Counted from the first letter of the stretch, positions 17,803 through 28,370 are shown. The stretch is DNA of 64,000 nt from an uncultured Candidatus Saccharibacteria bacterium (GCA_964616145.1 CAZTRD010000001.1:68024-132023); one strand, 5' to 3'. The notes: generated by a model not told the origin, from the letters alone. A program made the numbers and translations.

Positions 17803-20800
17803 ATGTGCGGAATTGTAGGATATATTGGTAAAAAAGAAGCATTGCCCATCATTATTGATGGGCTTAAGCGCCTTGAATACCGCGGATATGATTCTGCCGG
17901 TGTTGTTGTATTAGAGAAACAAGCATCCTTGGTTAAAGTAAAAGGAAGAGTAAAGGATTTAACTGATAAATTAGATGGTCAAAAGATTTTAGGAAGTTGT
18001 GGTATTGGGCATTGTTTGCCACCAAACGTTTTAATTCAGTTGGCTGATGGCAGAATTCTAGAGATTTCAAAAATTACAGATAAAGATAAAATTTTATGCT
18101 TAAATCCAAAGACATTAAAATTTGTGCCTGGGAAGGTCAAGGTTTTTAAGCACGAATCGCCAGATTATATTTATAATATCAAAACAAAGTCAGGCTTTTT
18201 AAATGCGACTGCTGCTCACAAGATGCTTATTTTCTCTGATGGAATTATTCAGAATAAAGTTGTTAAAGATATAAGGAAGGGAGATTTATTAATTTTTCCC
18301 AAACAAATAGAGATAACTGGTAAAAAGATAAATTTCCAAAAGTGTTTTGCCAAAAGATATTATGAGCTTAGCGATAGAGCTGTGGACATGATTAGGTCTG
18401 CCATAAAAGAGAAATCGTTAACCTTGTCCGAACTAGGCCGTAAGATAAAAATTAGCGATAAATATTTACGTCATATCATCAATAATGATCGAAATATCCG
18501 AGAAGATTACCTCAAAAAGATTTTATTTCACCTAAACGTCTTTTTTGATAAAAAAGAATTTGTTCCTGTAGACACGATCCATGGAAAGTTTATAAAACTT
18601 CCAGCTCAAAGCTCGGAGAAATTAATGCAGATTTTAGGATATCTTCTGGGAGATGGCACGGTTCAACCCAAGACAATAAGGTTTAAAGATTTAAATAAGC
18701 AATTATTACAACATTATCAAGGCCTTATAAATAAGGTATTCAATGTAAGGGGAAGGGTGGTATCTCAGAAAGATACTGCTGCATACCTATTAGAAGTTAA
18801 CAGTCAATATTTATCTCGTTGGCTTAAAGTTAATATTATCGACAGAAGTGATGATTTTTTTGGAGAAATCGGGAAACTACCCAACAAAGAAATAGCAGCA
18901 TTTCTAAGAGGATTATTCGATGCAGAGGGGTGCGTTAGTTTGCAATCTAAACAAATAACCCTCAGAATGACAAATCAACGATTAGTAAAAACTGTCCAGA
19001 TGCTATTGCCGCGTTTTAATATTTTATGCTCTTTCACGAAAACAACAAGAAAAAATAAAAATTGGTCAGATGTTTTTAATATCTCTATTAATAATTTCGA
19101 TGGTACTAAAAAATTCCTAGATATTGTGAGGGTTTCTTCACAAGAAAAGCTAAAAAGATGTAAGGCAATTGTAAAACAGATGGAGTTAGATCAATTAAAT
19201 TTTTCTTTTAAATATCTACCCTTTACCAAGAAAGAAATATACGAAAGATATATAAATCCTTTGAAAATTCCGCACGGGAAAATAAAAAAGTTGCTGGGAA
19301 ACGCAAACAATGATTTTCTCACTGGCAAAAAATTCAAAGAGTTGATAGATTATATTATAAAGAATTATCCCGATAAGAAGATAGAAAAAGAGCTCAAAAT
19401 GTTTTCTGAGGGAAATATTGTATTTCAGCCAGCGCAAGAGATCAAGAAAATCAAATCACAGAACAAATACTTGTTTGATATAGAAGTTTCTCCACATGCT
19501 AATTTTATTGCAGATGGTTTTCTAACTCATAATAGTAGATGGGCGACTCATGGAGAACCATCAGAGGTTAATGCTCATCCTCATTTCGATTGTAAAAAAG
19601 AGATATTTGTGGTTCATAATGGAATACTTGAAAACTACGTTTCTCTTAAAGAGAAATTAATAGAGAAAGGACATAAATTTGTATCTGAAACAGATACAGA
19701 AGTTATCGCCCATTTAATAGAGGAATTCTTTGATGGAAATTTAGAAGATGCTTTAAGACGAGCATTAAAAGAAATGGTTGGGGCCTATGCTATTGCGGTA
19801 GTTTCTATAAAAGATCCTGGGAAAATAGTTTTTGCTAAAAAATCCAGTCCATTATTGGTTGGTATCGGCGAAGGAGAAAACTTTATCGCTTCTGATGCGC
19901 CAGCCATATTAGGGAATACAAAAAAGGTAATATATTTAGAAGACAATGAATTGGGAGTAATTACTGCCAATGATTTTAAAATCATTGATTTAGAAAATAA
20001 TAGAATAGAAAAAAAGATTTCTCTTTTGGAATGGGACCTAGAGGAAGCAGAGAAAAAGGGATATCCTCATTTCATGTTTAAAGAAATAATAGAAGAAGGG
20101 GATGCAGTTAGGAATGCTTTAAGAGGAAGAATCCTTCCAGAAGAAGGAGCTATCAAATTTGGAGGATTAGAAGATATAGAAGAAAAATTAAGAAATGTTG
20201 AGAGGATTACAATTATTGCTATGGGGACAGCATATCTGGCAGGATTTGTTGGCAAGTACATGTTAGAAGAATATGCTCAAATGCCTGTTATGTTAGAGAA
20301 TGCATCTGAATTTAGATACAAAAAATCAATTATTGATAAGAATTCAGTAGTAATTGCAGTTTCTCAATCTGGAGAAACTGCAGATACTCTTTTTGCTGTG
20401 AAAGAGGCAAAAAGACAAGGAGCTTTAACCCTGGGCATTATTAACGTGGTAGGTTCCAGTATAGCTAGAGAAGTGGACGCCGGGATATATAACCATGCGG
20501 GACCAGAGATAGGAGTGGCCTCAACTAAGGCCTTTATCTCCGAGTTAGCCGTGTTTGCCCTACTATCTGTATTCTTGGGTAGACAAAGAGGCATGTCTCC
20601 TGTAATGGGCAAAAGAATCATCCAGGAGCTTAACGAGATCCCATCCTTGATAGGGGGCATATTTAAACAAGAAGATAGGATAAAAGAACTAGCTAAGAAG
20701 TACTATAAACATGAAGATTTCTTCTATTTAGGAAGGAAATACAATTATCCTATTGCCTTAGAGGGAGCATTAAAATTAAAGGAAATTTCATATATCCATG

Positions 20801-21147
20801 CAGAAGGATATCAGGCAGGAGAAATGAAGCATGGCCCAATTGCCATGATTGATGAGAATTTCCCTTCAGTTTGTATTGTCCCCAAGGATAGTGTCTATGA
20901 AAAGAATTTCTCTGGCATTCAAGAAATTAAAGCAAGAAAAGGATTAGTAATTGCTATTACTACAGAGGGGAATGATGAATTAGATAACATTGCAGATGAT
21001 GTTTTGTTTATCCCAAAAACTTTAGAAATGTTAACTCCTTTAGTTTCTGTAATTCCTTTACAGCTTTTTGCGTATCATGTGGCTGTGTTGAGGGGGAATG
21101 ATGTAGACAAGCCAAGAAATTTGGCTAAGTCGGTTACCGTGGAATAA
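17803..21147 (+). CDS. glmS: Glutamine--fructose-6-phosphate aminotransferase, intein-containing precursor
   Basis: N-terminal MCGIVGY (catalytic Cys2). Two SIS domains and a C-terminal KPRNLAKSVTVE. The exteins sum to 607 aa once the insert is removed. Confidence 0.93.
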   Translation: MCGIVGYIGKKEALPIIIDGLKRLEYRGYDSAGVVVLEKQASLVKVKGRVKDLTDKLDGQKILGSCGIGHCLPPNVLIQLADGRILEISKITDKDKILCLNPKTLKFVPGKVKVFKHESPDYIYNIKTKSGFLNATAAHKMLIFSDGIIQNKVVKDIRKGDLLIFPKQIEITGKKINFQKCFAKRYYELSDRAVDMIRSAIKEKSLTLSELGRKIKISDKYLRHIINNDRNIREDYLKKILFHLNVFFDKKEFVPVDTIHGKFIKLPAQSSEKLMQILGYLLGDGTVQPKTIRFKDLNKQLLQHYQGLINKVFNVRGRVVSQKDTAAYLLEVNSQYLSRWLKVNIIDRSDDFFGEIGKLPNKEIAAFLRGLFDAEGCVSLQSKQITLRMTNQRLVKTVQMLLPRFNILCSFTKTTRKNKNWSDVFNISINNFDGTKKFLDIVRVSSQEKLKRCKAIVKQMELDQLNFSFKYLPFTKKEIYERYINPLKIPHGKIKKLLGNANNDFLTGKKFKELIDYIIKNYPDKKIEKELKMFSEGNIVFQPAQEIKKIKSQNKYLFDIEVSPHANFIADGFLTHNSRWATHGEPSEVNAHPHFDCKKEIFVVHNGILENYVSLKEKLIEKGHKFVSETDTEVIAHLIEEFFDGNLEDALRRALKEMVGAYAIAVVSIKDPGKIVFAKKSSPLLVGIGEGENFIASDAPAILGNTKKVIYLEDNELGVITANDFKIIDLENNRIEKKISLLEWDLEEAEKKGYPHFMFKEIIEEGDAVRNALRGRILPEEGAIKFGGLEDIEEKLRNVERITIIAMGTAYLAGFVGKYMLEEYAQMPVMLENASEFRYKKSIIDKNSVVIAVSQSGETADTLFAVKEAKRQGALTLGIINVVGSSIAREVDAGIYNHAGPEIGVASTKAFISELAVFALLSVFLGRQRGMSPVMGKRIIQELNEIPSLIGGIFKQEDRIKELAKKYYKHEDFFYLGRKYNYPIALEGALKLKEISYIHAEGYQAGEMKHGPIAMIDENFPSVCIVPKDSVYEKNFSGIQEIKARKGLVIAITTEGNDELDNIADDVLFIPKTLEMLTPLVSVIPLQLFAYHVAVLRGNDVDKPRNLAKSVTVE
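18013..19533 (+). mobile_element. Intein (507 aa) with a LAGLIDADG homing-endonuclease domain, inside GlmS
   Basis: It interrupts the conserved GIGH|(S)RWATHG motif. It starts with Cys (CLPPNVLIQL) and ends ...LTHN followed by Ser+1. Block B-like TAAH. Two LAGLIDADG motifs (LGYLLGDGTV, LRGLFDAEGCV). Confidence 0.88.
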
Positions 21148-22360
21148 GAAACTTCTTACAAAGTTTGATTACTTCTTTTTTAACTTTTTCGGGGTTGTCT
21201 TTTGAGATTAATAATCTATAAAACCAATCTGCAATTATTTGCATTTCGTTTTCTTTCATTCTTCTAGTAGTAGCTGCAGGAGTTCCTAGTCTCAAGCCAG
21301 TTGGCTTGAAAGGAGATTCATCTCCTGGAATTGTATTCCTATTAGCTAAAATATTTGCTTGTTCTAAAAGATTTTCTGCTTCTGAAGCATCAATTACATT
21401 TCTTAAATTGATAAGCAAAAGATGATTATCTGTTCCATCAGTTAAAAGCTTAAAACCTTTCTTTTTTAATTCTTCTGCTAAGGCATTAGCATTTTTAATA
21501 ATCTGATTTTGATAATCTTTAAATTCTGGTTTTAATGCTTCCTCGAAAGCAACAGCTTTAGCGCAAATTATATGATGATGTCCTCCTCCTTGAATTCCAG
21601 GAAATACAGCTTTGTTTATCTGAGTAGCCAGCTCTTTTTTAAAAAATATTACAGCAGACCTAGGTCCTCTTAATGTTTTATGCGTTGTTGTCATAACAAC
21701 ATCGCTATATTCAAAAGGAGAGGGATGCAACCCTGCAGAAATTAATCCTGCAATATGGGATATATCTGCCAAATGATATGAGCCAACTTCTTTGGCAATT
21801 TCTCCAAATTTCTTAAAATCAATAATTCTTGGATAGGCAGTAGCTCCGGAAATTATCAGTTTAGGTCTTTCTCTTAAAGCAATTTCTCTTAAATTATCAT
21901 AGTCAATATATCCGTTATCATTTACGCCATAATGGACTATTTGGTATATCTTTGAGGATATGTTCACCTTATGCCCATGGCTTAAATGCCCTCCATGGGA
22001 TAATTGCATAGACAGTATCTTATCCTGCGGTTGCAATAGCCCAAAATATACCGTGAAATTAGCTGGTCCTCCCGATAATGGTTGAACATTAACATCCCAG
22101 TCATCTTTTAAAGAAAAAACCTCCTTTGCCTTTTTCTGGCAAAGAATTTCCAATTCATCAACTACTTTGCATCCAGGATAGTATCTTTGTCCTGGATATC
22201 CTTCTGCATATTTATTCGTAAATACGGTTGCAGCAGCTTCCAAAACTGCTTTTGAGGCATAGTTTTCTGAAGGGATTAAATCTAAGGTTTCTTCTTGGCG
22301 TTTAATTTCCTTTTGTATTATCTCATACACATCAGGAGCGGTTTTTCTTATTTTATCCAT
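21134..22360 (-). CDS. glyA: Serine hydroxymethyltransferase
   Basis: LIPSENY, the TTTHKTLRGPR PLP-lysine motif, 408 aa. Its 3' end overlaps glmS convergently by 14 nt. Confidence 0.94.
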   Translation of the reverse strand: MDKIRKTAPDVYEIIQKEIKRQEETLDLIPSENYASKAVLEAAATVFTNKYAEGYPGQRYYPGCKVVDELEILCQKKAKEVFSLKDDWDVNVQPLSGGPANFTVYFGLLQPQDKILSMQLSHGGHLSHGHKVNISSKIYQIVHYGVNDNGYIDYDNLREIALRERPKLIISGATAYPRIIDFKKFGEIAKEVGSYHLADISHIAGLISAGLHPSPFEYSDVVMTTTHKTLRGPRSAVIFFKKELATQINKAVFPGIQGGGHHHIICAKAVAFEEALKPEFKDYQNQIIKNANALAEELKKKGFKLLTDGTDNHLLLINLRNVIDASEAENLLEQANILANRNTIPGDESPFKPTGLRLGTPAATTRRMKENEMQIIADWFYRLLISKDNPEKVKKEVIKLCKKFLIPR

Positions 22361-22447
22361 GGTTTCAGTTTAACAGGTAAAAATATATGGTCAATGGTTT
22401 CAAAACCATCATTTTTTTGTTATTATATCAACAGATAATAAATTAAT

Positions 22448-23620
22448 ATGCAAGCAGTAATAATAGCAGCGGGGAAAGGGATTAGAATTCATCCCATTTC
22501 TTTAACTAGGCCCAAACCATTTTTTCAATTAATGGGCCAAACAATGATTGAATATGCCCTGGATCAGCTTGAAGGTATAGCAAGCGAGGTAATTTTAGTT
22601 TTGGGATACAAAAGAGAAATGATTCAAAGAAGAGTGGGGTCTAGATATAAAGGGATGAAGATTAGATATGTATTGCAGAAAAAACAAACAGGAACTGGTA
22701 GCGCTGTCGCAGCTGCTTTAAAATATCTAGATGACAAGTTTCTTCTTTTAATGGGAGATGATTTGTATTCTAGAAAAGATATTAAAGTAATATTAAAGAA
22801 ATTTCCTGCGATAGGAGCTCAAATTGTAAAAAATCCTAAAAGTTTTGGAGTTATCACACAGAAAAATGGAATAATGATTAATCTTTCAGAAAAGCCAGAA
22901 AGACCGCAATCTAATTTAGCGAATATTGCAATGTATTATCTTCCTAAAGGTATTTTTAAATACGCGATTAGCAAATCTGCCAGGGGAGAATATGAGTTTA
23001 CCGACTATATTAAACAATTTGCCAATGATCAGAAATTAAATGTTTCTATTGCCAAAGAATGGATGCCAATTCCATATATTTGGGATTTTTTACCTCTTGC
23101 GGATAAAAAACTAGAAAAGATTAAGAAAGAGAATAGAGGGAAGATAGAGAAAGGAGCTAAATTGGATGGAACAGTGTCGATACAAGAGAAAACAATTATC
23201 AATTCAAATACAATTATCAATGGTCCAGCATATATTGGAGAAAATTGCATTTTAGATAGCTGTATTATTCATCCAGGAACTGTAATAGAAAATAATTGTA
23301 AGATTGGTCCTAACTCTGAAATTTCCCATTCTATCATTAGTCCAGGGACAATAATAAAGGGAAATACAACCATTAAAGATTCAATTCTTGGCTGCAATTG
23401 CAGAATAGGGAATAATGTAAAATTCCTTAATCGTGCGAAATCTGGAACTGTCAAAGTAATGATGCAGGATAAACTGATTGATACTAATAAGAAGATTTTA
23501 GGGTCATTTCTGGGAGATAATGTCGTGATAGGAGACAATACAACTATTTGCGCTGGAGTGAAAATCAATCCCAATAGAAGAATAAAAACTAATTCCCAAA
23601 TATTAAAAGATATTGTATGA
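22448..23620 (+). CDS. Sugar-phosphate nucleotidyltransferase with a C-terminal left-handed beta-helix (GlmU-like, archaeal type)
   Basis: N-terminal AVIIAAGKGIRIHP nucleotidyltransferase motif. C-terminal hexapeptide-repeat region (IG.N..I...). Confidence 0.8.
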   Translation: MQAVIIAAGKGIRIHPISLTRPKPFFQLMGQTMIEYALDQLEGIASEVILVLGYKREMIQRRVGSRYKGMKIRYVLQKKQTGTGSAVAAALKYLDDKFLLLMGDDLYSRKDIKVILKKFPAIGAQIVKNPKSFGVITQKNGIMINLSEKPERPQSNLANIAMYYLPKGIFKYAISKSARGEYEFTDYIKQFANDQKLNVSIAKEWMPIPYIWDFLPLADKKLEKIKKENRGKIEKGAKLDGTVSIQEKTIINSNTIINGPAYIGENCILDSCIIHPGTVIENNCKIGPNSEISHSIISPGTIIKGNTTIKDSILGCNCRIGNNVKFLNRAKSGTVKVMMQDKLIDTNKKILGSFLGDNVVIGDNTTICAGVKINPNRRIKTNSQILKDIV

Positions 23621-24147
23621 ATCCGGATTTAATAATTTTTAGGGCATTTAATAATTTGTCAGGCAAATCAAACATCCTAGATAAATTTGTAATTTTTTGT
23701 TCGGAATATTCAGGATATGTATATCTTTTAATAGTCGCGTTGATCCTTTTAAGGAATTTTAAAAAGAATATACATACAATTATTGAAATTTGTATTTCCG
23801 GATTTTTGGCAAGGATAGTGATAGCGGAAGCGATAAGATTTTTCTTTTATCCAGACAGGCCGTTTGTTAATTTTAACGTAAATCAATTATTACATCATTC
23901 TGCCAGTGGATCTTTTCCTTCAGGTCATGCAATATTCTTTTTTGCGGTTTCAATGTCTATTTTCCTGTGGGACAAAAAGATTGGGGTAGTCGGGTTATCT
24001 ATTAGTCTTTTAATCGGCCTATCAAGGGTTTTGGGGGGAATTCATTGGCCGTCTGACATTCTAGTTGGTGCGGGGTTAGGGATGATAACAGCAGTGATAG
24101 TAAATAAGATAATAAAATGTTATTTGAAACAAAAAAACGTCCAGTAG
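23617..24147 (+). CDS. PAP2 family phosphatase (undecaprenyl-diphosphatase-like)
   Basis: PSGHA and SRV..G.H...D (SRVLGGIHWPSDIL) acid-phosphatase motifs in a multi-TM protein. Confidence 0.82.
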   Translation: MNPDLIIFRAFNNLSGKSNILDKFVIFCSEYSGYVYLLIVALILLRNFKKNIHTIIEICISGFLARIVIAEAIRFFFYPDRPFVNFNVNQLLHHSASGSFPSGHAIFFFAVSMSIFLWDKKIGVVGLSISLLIGLSRVLGGIHWPSDILVGAGLGMITAVIVNKIIKCYLKQKNVQ

Positions 24148-24157
24148 GACGTTTTCC
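24131..24157. terminator. Bidirectional intrinsic terminator between convergent genes
   Basis: AAAAAAACGTCC-AGTA-GGACGTTTT, with A-run and T-run flanks. It overlaps the PAP2 stop codon. Confidence 0.6.
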
Positions 24158-24167
24158 TCAATTCTAT

Positions 24168-24434
24168 CTATTTCTTCTTTGATATTACCCTGGAAAGATT
24201 TATTGAAAGAAGTACAAAGATAACAGTAATTAATAAAGCGTAAAGGATTTTTCCTAATATTGCATCCCCTGGCTGTATAAATTTATCAAAAATCATTTTT
24301 ATCGTATCATTCCAGGCGAGAGCGGCAATAAAACCAACAGCTCCTAATATTAAAGTGATTGTTTTTTCTGAGATTTCCTTCCTAGTTGCATTAAATTTAA
24401 CTGCAGTTTTCTTTTGAGATTTCTTCTTTTTCAT
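24168..24434 (-). CDS. Small membrane protein (88 aa, DUF5654-like)
   Basis: Lys-rich N-terminus and two TM helices. The family name is from memory only. Confidence 0.55.
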   Translation of the reverse strand: MKKKKSQKKTAVKFNATRKEISEKTITLILGAVGFIAALAWNDTIKMIFDKFIQPGDAILGKILYALLITVIFVLLSINLSRVISKKK

Positions 24435-24515
24435 TTGAAAAAATAAATTAATTATTTAATCATTATATTACGCTTTTGATTTTATACAAACTGTGGATTA
24501 TTATTAAGTAATAAT

Positions 24516-25157
24516 ATGAATAAAAAAATATACCTAATTTTATCTTTATTAATAATTTTGGCCAGTTTTCTGGTCGGATACTTCTTGTATCCGCAGATGC
24601 CAGATAGAATGGCATCTCATTGGAATGGCTTAGGGCAAGTTGATGGATATATGTCAAAAGCCTTAGCTTTGTTTATCATGCCAGTATTATCCTTGATTAT
24701 GCTTTTTGGGATGGTATTCATTCCGAAACTAGATCCGTTAAAAAAGAACGTTAAGAAATTTGAGGAATACTACCATGGTTTTATGCTCGGAATGGTAGCA
24801 TTTCTTTTCTATATCTACCTTTTAAGCATATTCTGGAATCTTGGAATCAAATTTAGCATGATTAGGAGCTTAGTCCCCGCATTTGCGATATTATTCTTCT
24901 ATTGCGGCGTTCTCATGGAAAAGGCCAAACAGAATTGGTTTATCGGTATCAAAACCGCCTGGACTCTGAGCAATGAAGAAGTTTGGGATAAAACTCACAA
25001 ATTGGGAGGAAAGCTATTTAAATTATCTGCTGTAATCTCTTTAATCGGACTATTCTTTGACAGAATTGCCATATGGCTAACAATAGGGCCGATTACCTTA
25101 AGCAGCATATTCATCATCATCTACTCATATTTTGTTTATAGGAAAATTAAGAAATAA
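24516..25157 (+). CDS. SdpI/YhfL-family membrane protein (DUF1648 + SdpI-like)
   Basis: YPQMPDRMASHWNGLGQVDGY N-terminal motif, then NW.IGI.T.WTLSN.EVW, in a multi-TM protein. Confidence 0.7.
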   Translation: MNKKIYLILSLLIILASFLVGYFLYPQMPDRMASHWNGLGQVDGYMSKALALFIMPVLSLIMLFGMVFIPKLDPLKKNVKKFEEYYHGFMLGMVAFLFYIYLLSIFWNLGIKFSMIRSLVPAFAILFFYCGVLMEKAKQNWFIGIKTAWTLSNEEVWDKTHKLGGKLFKLSAVISLIGLFFDRIAIWLTIGPITLSSIFIIIYSYFVYRKIKK

Positions 25158-25161
25158 ATAA

Positions 25162-25533
25162 ATGGAAAGAAACCAAATATATAAATGTGGTATTTGCGGA
25201 AATATAGTGGAGGTATTATTTGTTGGGGGAGGAACATTGGTTTGTTGCGGGCAGCCAATGGAACTACAAGCGGAAAAAATAAATGATACGGGAGCAGAAA
25301 AACACGTTCCTATTATAGAAAAGACAGACAAAGGTATTTTAGTTAAAATTGGCTCAGTTCCTCATCCGATGGAAGAATCCCATTATATCCAATGGGTAGA
25401 ATTGATTATTGATGAGAAGAGATATAAAGAATTTTTAAAACCCAACAATCAACCAAAAACATTATTCTGTGTTGCTGGAGAAAAAATACAAGCCAGAATA
25501 TATTGTAATATTCATGGCCTATGGAAGGGTTGA
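25162..25533 (+). CDS. dfx: Desulfoferrodoxin (superoxide reductase)
   Basis: N-terminal desulforedoxin CxxC...CC ([16 protein letters not shown]). C-terminal neelaredoxin ligands (KHVP, HPME..HYI, CNIHGLW). Confidence 0.88.
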   Translation: MERNQIYKCGICGNIVEVLFVGGGTLVCCGQPMELQAEKINDTGAEKHVPIIEKTDKGILVKIGSVPHPMEESHYIQWVELIIDEKRYKEFLKPNNQPKTLFCVAGEKIQARIYCNIHGLWKG

Positions 25534-25553
25534 ATATAATCTTTTTTCCTACG

Positions 25554-25640
25554 TGGTGCCCGGGGAGGGAGTCGAACCCTCATGAGATAAATCTCACACG
25601 ATTTTGAGTCGTGCGCGTCTGCCAGTTCCGCCACCTGGGC
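25554..25640 (-). tRNA. tRNA-Leu (anticodon CAA), CCA encoded
   Basis: Minus strand reads GCCCAGG-TG-GCG-GAACTGGCAGA-CGC-G-CACGA-CTCAAAA-TCGTG-(variable arm GAGATTTATCTC)-GAGGG-TTCGACT-CCCTC-CCCGGGC-A-CCA. Confidence 0.92.
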
Positions 25641-25674
25641 TTCTTTTAAACATTAACAAATTAGCAGTACATTT

Positions 25675-27720
25675 TCAATCCTTTTTGACAGTTGAGCAAT
25701 TTGGATTACTGCAATACTTTTGTTTTCTTTTTGTTTCTGCCATTGGCCAGCCGCATTCTTTACAAGCTTCTTTTATCGGCTTATCCCAGCTGGCAAAATC
25801 GCAATTAGGATAATTGCTGCAACCATAGAAGATTTTTCTCCTTTTAGTTCTTTTTTCTACAATATCTCCTGTCTTGCACTTAGGGCATTTGATATCCAAA
25901 TCCCTTTTTTCATCTTTAATATTCCTGGTGTATTTACATTTAGGGAAATTAGAACAGGCGATGAATTTCCCATATCTTCCCATTTTCAAAACCAAATCAG
26001 ATCCGCAATCAGGACATTTCTCATCAAGTTTTTCATGTAGAGTTTCTTTTTTAGCAATTTCTTCGTTTTTTTTCTCAAGATTTTTGGAAAAAGGATCATA
26101 GAATTCACGGATTACTTTAGTCCATTCTTTTTGTCCTTCTGCTATTTCATCTAATTCTTTTTCCATTCCTGCTGTGAATTTGAGATCCACTATTTCTGGG
26201 AAATGTTTTACTAAAAGATCGTCTACCATTATTCCTATCTCAGTTGGCATCAGCTTTTTGGCCTCATCTTTTTCTACATAGTTGCGATCCTGGATTGTAG
26301 AAATAATGGGAGCATAGGTTGAAGGTCTGCCTATGCCATTTTCCTCCAGGGCCTTGATTAAAGTAGCTTCAGTATACCTGCTTGGCGGCTCTGTGAAATG
26401 TTGCTTTGGCAACAATTCTATCAGATTAAGAATTTGGTTTTCTTTTAAATTCGGCAATGATTTTTCTTCAAATTTCATCGGATAGATTTTTAAGAACCCA
26501 TCAAATTTCAAGGTCTGGCCGTTAGCTACAAATCCATAATTGTTGGCCTTGATATTTACAGCGATAGAATCAAAAACAGCTGGTTTCATTTGAGTAGCCA
26601 GGAATCTTTTCCAGATCAAATCATATAGTCTTAATTGATCTCTCTGGAGTTTTTCTTTCAATGATTCGGGAACAGCGAAAACATCAGTTGGCCTGATTGA
26701 TTCATGGGCCTCCTGGGCTAATTTTGATTTTGTTTTGTATTGGCGGAAGTTGTGGTATTTCTCCCCGAACTCCTTTTCTATCAGTTCCTTTGCCTGATTT
26801 AATGCAAAGCCTGAAATATTCAAGGAATCGGTTCTGTGATAGGTAATCAGACCTGTTTCATACAGTCCTTGGGCAAGAAACATTGTTTTCTTTGCAGGGA
26901 ATCTGAATAAGGCAAATGCTGTTTGTTGAAGAGAGCTAGTAGTAAATGGATACAGAGGATTTCTGACAGTTTCTTTTCTTTGGATATCTGAGACGATAAA
27001 CTGAGAATTTTTTAATTCTTTTGTTATATTATCTGCCTCTATTTTGGTTTTTATGGCAAACTTGTCTAAAACCTTTTCATCTTTTTTATTCAGACTAGCT
27101 AAAAATTCTGATTTCTCCGCTTCCAAGTTTGCTTGTATTGTCCAATATTCCTGTGATTTAAAATCTTTAATATCTTTCTCTCTCTGGACTATTAATCTGA
27201 CTGCAGCTGACTGAACTCTTCCGGCAGATAGTCCTCTGGCTATTTTTTTCCATAACAAGGGAGATAGTTTATATCCTACCAACCTGTCTAGAATTCTTCT
27301 TCCAAATTGAGAATATACCAAATTCATGTCTATCTTTCTTGGATTTTTCAAAGCATTCTTAATAGCTTCATTTGTAATCTCATGAAATACTATTCTTTGG
27401 TAATCCTTTAAATCCAAAGCTTCTTTTAAATGGAATGCTATAGCTTCTCCTTCTCTATCCTCGTCGGTTGCTAGAATTACTTCGGTTGATTTTTTCAATT
27501 CATCCTTTAAAGCCTTTAAAGGCTTTCTTGCTTTGGGAGGAATTACGTACTGAGCCTCAAAGTTTTTTTCTGTATCTATCCCTAATTTTGATTTGGGCAA
27601 ATCCCTAATATGTCCGAAAGAAGAAAGAACAGAAAATCCGCTTCCAATAAATTTCTGGATAGTTTTAGACTTGGTAGGGGATTCTACTATTACTAATGTT
27701 TTATTTTTCTTTGTCGGCAT
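25675..27720 (-). CDS. topA: DNA topoisomerase I
   Basis: TOPRIM N-terminus (LVIVESPTKSKTI, ATDEDREGE), ITYHRTDS active-site Tyr region, three C-terminal Cys4 zinc ribbons. Confidence 0.94.
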   Translation of the reverse strand: MPTKKNKTLVIVESPTKSKTIQKFIGSGFSVLSSFGHIRDLPKSKLGIDTEKNFEAQYVIPPKARKPLKALKDELKKSTEVILATDEDREGEAIAFHLKEALDLKDYQRIVFHEITNEAIKNALKNPRKIDMNLVYSQFGRRILDRLVGYKLSPLLWKKIARGLSAGRVQSAAVRLIVQREKDIKDFKSQEYWTIQANLEAEKSEFLASLNKKDEKVLDKFAIKTKIEADNITKELKNSQFIVSDIQRKETVRNPLYPFTTSSLQQTAFALFRFPAKKTMFLAQGLYETGLITYHRTDSLNISGFALNQAKELIEKEFGEKYHNFRQYKTKSKLAQEAHESIRPTDVFAVPESLKEKLQRDQLRLYDLIWKRFLATQMKPAVFDSIAVNIKANNYGFVANGQTLKFDGFLKIYPMKFEEKSLPNLKENQILNLIELLPKQHFTEPPSRYTEATLIKALEENGIGRPSTYAPIISTIQDRNYVEKDEAKKLMPTEIGIMVDDLLVKHFPEIVDLKFTAGMEKELDEIAEGQKEWTKVIREFYDPFSKNLEKKNEEIAKKETLHEKLDEKCPDCGSDLVLKMGRYGKFIACSNFPKCKYTRNIKDEKRDLDIKCPKCKTGDIVEKRTKRRKIFYGCSNYPNCDFASWDKPIKEACKECGWPMAETKRKQKYCSNPNCSTVKKD

Positions 27721-27728
27721 GTCGGGAT

Positions 27729-28370
27729 TTAATTTACACTTTTAAGATCTTTGGTCAATAGATTAATAATATCACTATTATTTTTTATATCTATCGCCCC
27801 GTTATCTAACAGCTGTTTATTCCTGGCGCTTGAAGACAAAAATACAGGTCTTTTGTATTTTAATCCTAATCTGGCAGTCATCATCGTTCCAGACCTATCT
27901 TTCACATCAGTTACGATTATTGCCTTTGATAACGCCACGATAATTCTGTTTCTTTTTAAAAAGTGTTGCCTGTCAGGTTTTGTTTTTGGAGCATATTCAG
28001 AAAGAATTAAGCCATTGTTATCAATAATCCTTTTTACTAATTGAAGATTTTTCTTTGGATAGAAACTATTATCATCAATTCCTGATCCCAAAACAGCAAT
28101 TGTCTTTCCCTCATTATCTATTGTTGTCTGATGGGCTATGGTATCTATGCCCAGAGCCAGCCCGCTTACTATTACATATCCTGTTTCCGCTAATATTTTA
28201 GTTAATTCTATTGTTGCCGCTTTTCCAGCGGCAGTGCAATCTCTTGACCCTATTATTGCAACAATATTATCCGAATTGATTAAAGATAAATCGCCTCTAA
28301 AATAGAGGCAATTAGGAGGATTCGGGATATTTTTTAATGAGTTGGGTAGATTAGGATAGAGGATGTGCAT
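27729..28370 (-). CDS. dprA: DNA processing protein DprA/Smf (short form, Rossmann core only)
   Basis: IIGSRDCT..G......L...G..IVSGLALGIDTIAHQ motif. Confidence 0.82.
   Translation of the reverse strand: MHILYPNLPNSLKNIPNPPNCLYFRGDLSLINSDNIVAIIGSRDCTAAGKAATIELTKILAETGYVIVSGLALGIDTIAHQTTIDNEGKTIAVLGSGIDDNSFYPKKNLQLVKRIIDNNGLILSEYAPKTKPDRQHFLKRNRIIVALSKAIIVTDVKDRSGTMMTARLGLKYKRPVFLSSSARNKQLLDNGAIDIKNNSDIINLLTKDLKSVN

Noticed and set aside
25604-26101. Three + strand ORFs (69-106 aa) near the topA 3' end
   Set aside because: They are antisense to topA and overlap tRNA-Leu. They have no signals and no motifs.
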